From: an uncultured Acidobacteriaceae bacterium
GTDB taxonomy: Bacteria > Acidobacteriota > Terriglobia > Terriglobales > Acidobacteriaceae
Direction: 5' to 3'
DNA: 64,000 nt
Assembly: GCA_963796615.1 (NCBI GenBank)
Contig: CAWCMJ010000019.1
Coordinates: 194,486 to 258,485 of the forward strand
Both the position numbers and the translations under genes were made by a program. The notes under the pieces are model-generated. The model made no database searches. It saw only the letters and a program-made list of their open reading frames with translations, and was not told the origin of the DNA. This document shows positions 62,252 through 64,000 of this stretch, in pieces (the stretch's first letter is position 1; each line of letters begins with the position of its first letter).

Positions 62252-64000
62252 TTACAGCCGCGTTCTGTTGCGCAGCAGGCCGAGGCTGGCGAGCAGGCCG
62301 GAGCCGAGCAGCAGAAGGCTGGAGGGTTCAGGAACGGTGTTCGGCTGGGCTTCCAGTTCGACATAGCCTCCGGCGTCGTTATAGACCACCACCCACTTCT
62401 CCGTGCCGCCGTTAAACACGTCATTGAGAATACCTTGCGAACAACGACCCGTCATAGCTGCCGGGCGCGAACGTAATGAAGTCGTAGGTTGAGCCGACCT
62501 TTGGATTGAATCCCTGCCCAAGCTGAACGTCCAGCGGGCCAGGCCGACGTGTACGGGGCCGCTGACAACGATCACGCCAGACCGTTCATGTCGATGTACT
62601 CGCCGAGCGTGCCGTTGGCCAACTGGTAAAAACCGGTGTTCCCGGCGGTTCCCGTACCAACCAGCAGGGTCGCCAGCGGGTCGACCATAGTATGGCCGCT
62701 GCTAAGGTAGTACGGAGTTTGAATGGTCGCTCCGCCTGGAATGGCGGAAAGGACCAGTTTGCTCACGATGTTGCCCGCCCGCAAGACGTCTCCGGCCATG
62801 AGGTTAAACGTGCTGCCAAGTTCGTTGGTCAGCGTGCCCATCACGATGAATGTGCTCGGGTCCTGACCGATGTAGCCGTAGTTGTCGGTGTTGCCGATGA
62901 CCGTAAACGTGGAACCGTTGTCGATATGAATGGCGCCCGTCGTGCTGACGGTCAGTGTCCCACCGATGGGCGTGGTTGACGTGGCCAGGCCGCTAGAATC
63001 AGGGTCCCCTCGACGCTGGTGAGTTGGTAGAAGCCATTGTTCGGCCCCGCATTGAAGGCTCCGGCGAGGTCGAAGGTAGAGCCGGCAACCACGTCTAAGA
63101 TGCCCGTAGGCTGATTGGTCAGATTCACGGTCGTTCCTGGTCCGACAAGGAAATACCCATTGTTGGCCAGCGCGCCAATATTCGCAATATCACCTGCCCC
63201 CTCTACATCAATTTCGGCGTTTGGCTTCATTCGTAAATGCACCAGTTGTTGTCAGCTGAATTGCGCCGCTGCCAACGTGGCAATGTAACCCAGGTTGTCT
63301 ACGTTGCCTGCACAAACAGCGAGCTGCCATTCTGAACATAGATGCTTTGCCAGTTGGTGAGAGCAGCGCCGGGTGTCATGGCGCCACTGCCGTTTTGCAT
63401 GACACCCCGTTCTGTCTCGTCAGTGTTCCCGTGCCCATTGCCCCCTATAAACGTGAAATCACCTGAGTTGATCAATGCAGAACCGGGATCCGTACGGTTA
63501 CCGTTCCGGTCCCGACTCCGTATAACCCGATAACCAAGCCGTCACCGCTGAGTACGCCTCCATTAGCGATCGTAAGTGTCCCTTGCCCGCCTTGCCCAAC
63601 TGAGAGTTCTTGCGTGTAACTCCAGCGCGACCCGGGATCCGTGATGGTCACGTTTCCGTTACTCCCGTTGAGCACGCCAATCTGCGAACTAGCGGCGCTC
63701 GACACTGAACCACCATTTGAGATGAGGAGAGTCCCCTGCCCCACCCAGCCCACATACAAGCTTGACGTATGAATCCAACTCGGAACCGCTTCCAGAAACG
63801 GTGGCGGTCGCCCACCCCCCCGGAGTTCAAACCAAGGAATGCGGAGTTGGTCACCGCGAGGCCCGAGCATCCGACATTCAGAGTGCCGGAACCAGAGACG
63901 CCGAGTAAGAGTGCGCCGGAATTTATCCATTGTGAGCCTGTACCCGTGACAGTCACCGCACCTACCGCCCGGCTGGCGTAGCCCAGCTGACCTCCGTCGC
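62252..64000 (-). pseudogene. Large repeat-rich PEP-CTERM protein (T5SS/PEP-CTERM-associated repeat-like), 5' end beyond the window, several frame changes
   Basis: C-terminal VPEPSSLLLLGSGLLASLGLLRNRTRL. Upstream pieces in different frames carry repeats such as VGQGGQGTLTIANGGVLS, GQGTLLISNGGSVS and NGFYQL(T/A). ORFs 62252..62575, 62572..62844, 62952..63242 and 63472..63930 are all on the minus strand. Confidence 0.65.

Overview
High-GC (roughly 60-65% by eye) bacterial chromosomal segment. The gene content points to Acidobacteriota: five PEP-CTERM-anchored proteins, two 'acidobacterial-type' VWA proteins, an ECF sigma plus Ser/Thr kinase pair, and a CHAD/HD protein. The housekeeping backbone is: LptC/A-like-lptB-rpoN-hpf (minus strand, 16.7-22.4 kb); recJ; an Hpt protein plus a NarL-type response regulator; rapZ; an MsbA-like ABC exporter; yicC-gmk-rpoZ-coaBC-udg-priA (30.9-37.3 kb); ccmF-[hicAB]-ccmH-CcmI-like (39.1-42.6 kb); htpX; an MFS transporter; a tandem USP; an M28 peptidase; and an Fpg/Nei glycosylase. 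Unusual content: (i) A candidate fluoride (crcB-motif) riboswitch at about 2264-2330 precedes a translationally coupled operon encoding a helical hypothetical protein, a triple-DUF190 (PII-like) protein, an AAA ATPase and a dynamin-like GTPase, with no fluoride channel. (ii) An AT-richer islet (6.64-9.24 kb) carries a sigma70-like promoter bracketed by GTGGCCAC palindromes. It drives a Phd/YefM-like gene, a PIN-like gene that appears to have lost its acidic catalytic residues, and a translationally coupled, catalytically intact patatin-like phospholipase; a ParE-like remnant lies alongside. This triad is my best candidate for an undescribed TA/defence-type system. (iii) An IS5-family transposase remnant sits next to an ArsR/SRPBCC pair. 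(iv) A Tat-signal protein is split by an in-frame TGA that is followed by a SECIS-like hairpin. (v) A (GAAACTC)x4 heptanucleotide repeat at the 5' end of ccmH leaves the gene out of frame; three copies would restore it. (vi) There is a dispersed noncoding repeat of about 150 nt with a G-rich core (two inverted copies), plus several degenerate heptad (GNTAGTG)n arrays. (vii) Many apparent frameshifts cluster at 31.8-43.6 kb and 61.5-64 kb (gmk, priA, ccmF, PEP-CTERM genes, Fpg/Nei), which could be assembly indels or gene decay. I recognised no rRNA, tRNA or CRISPR arrays. All identifications rest on motif recognition by eye from the translated ORFs, with no database search.
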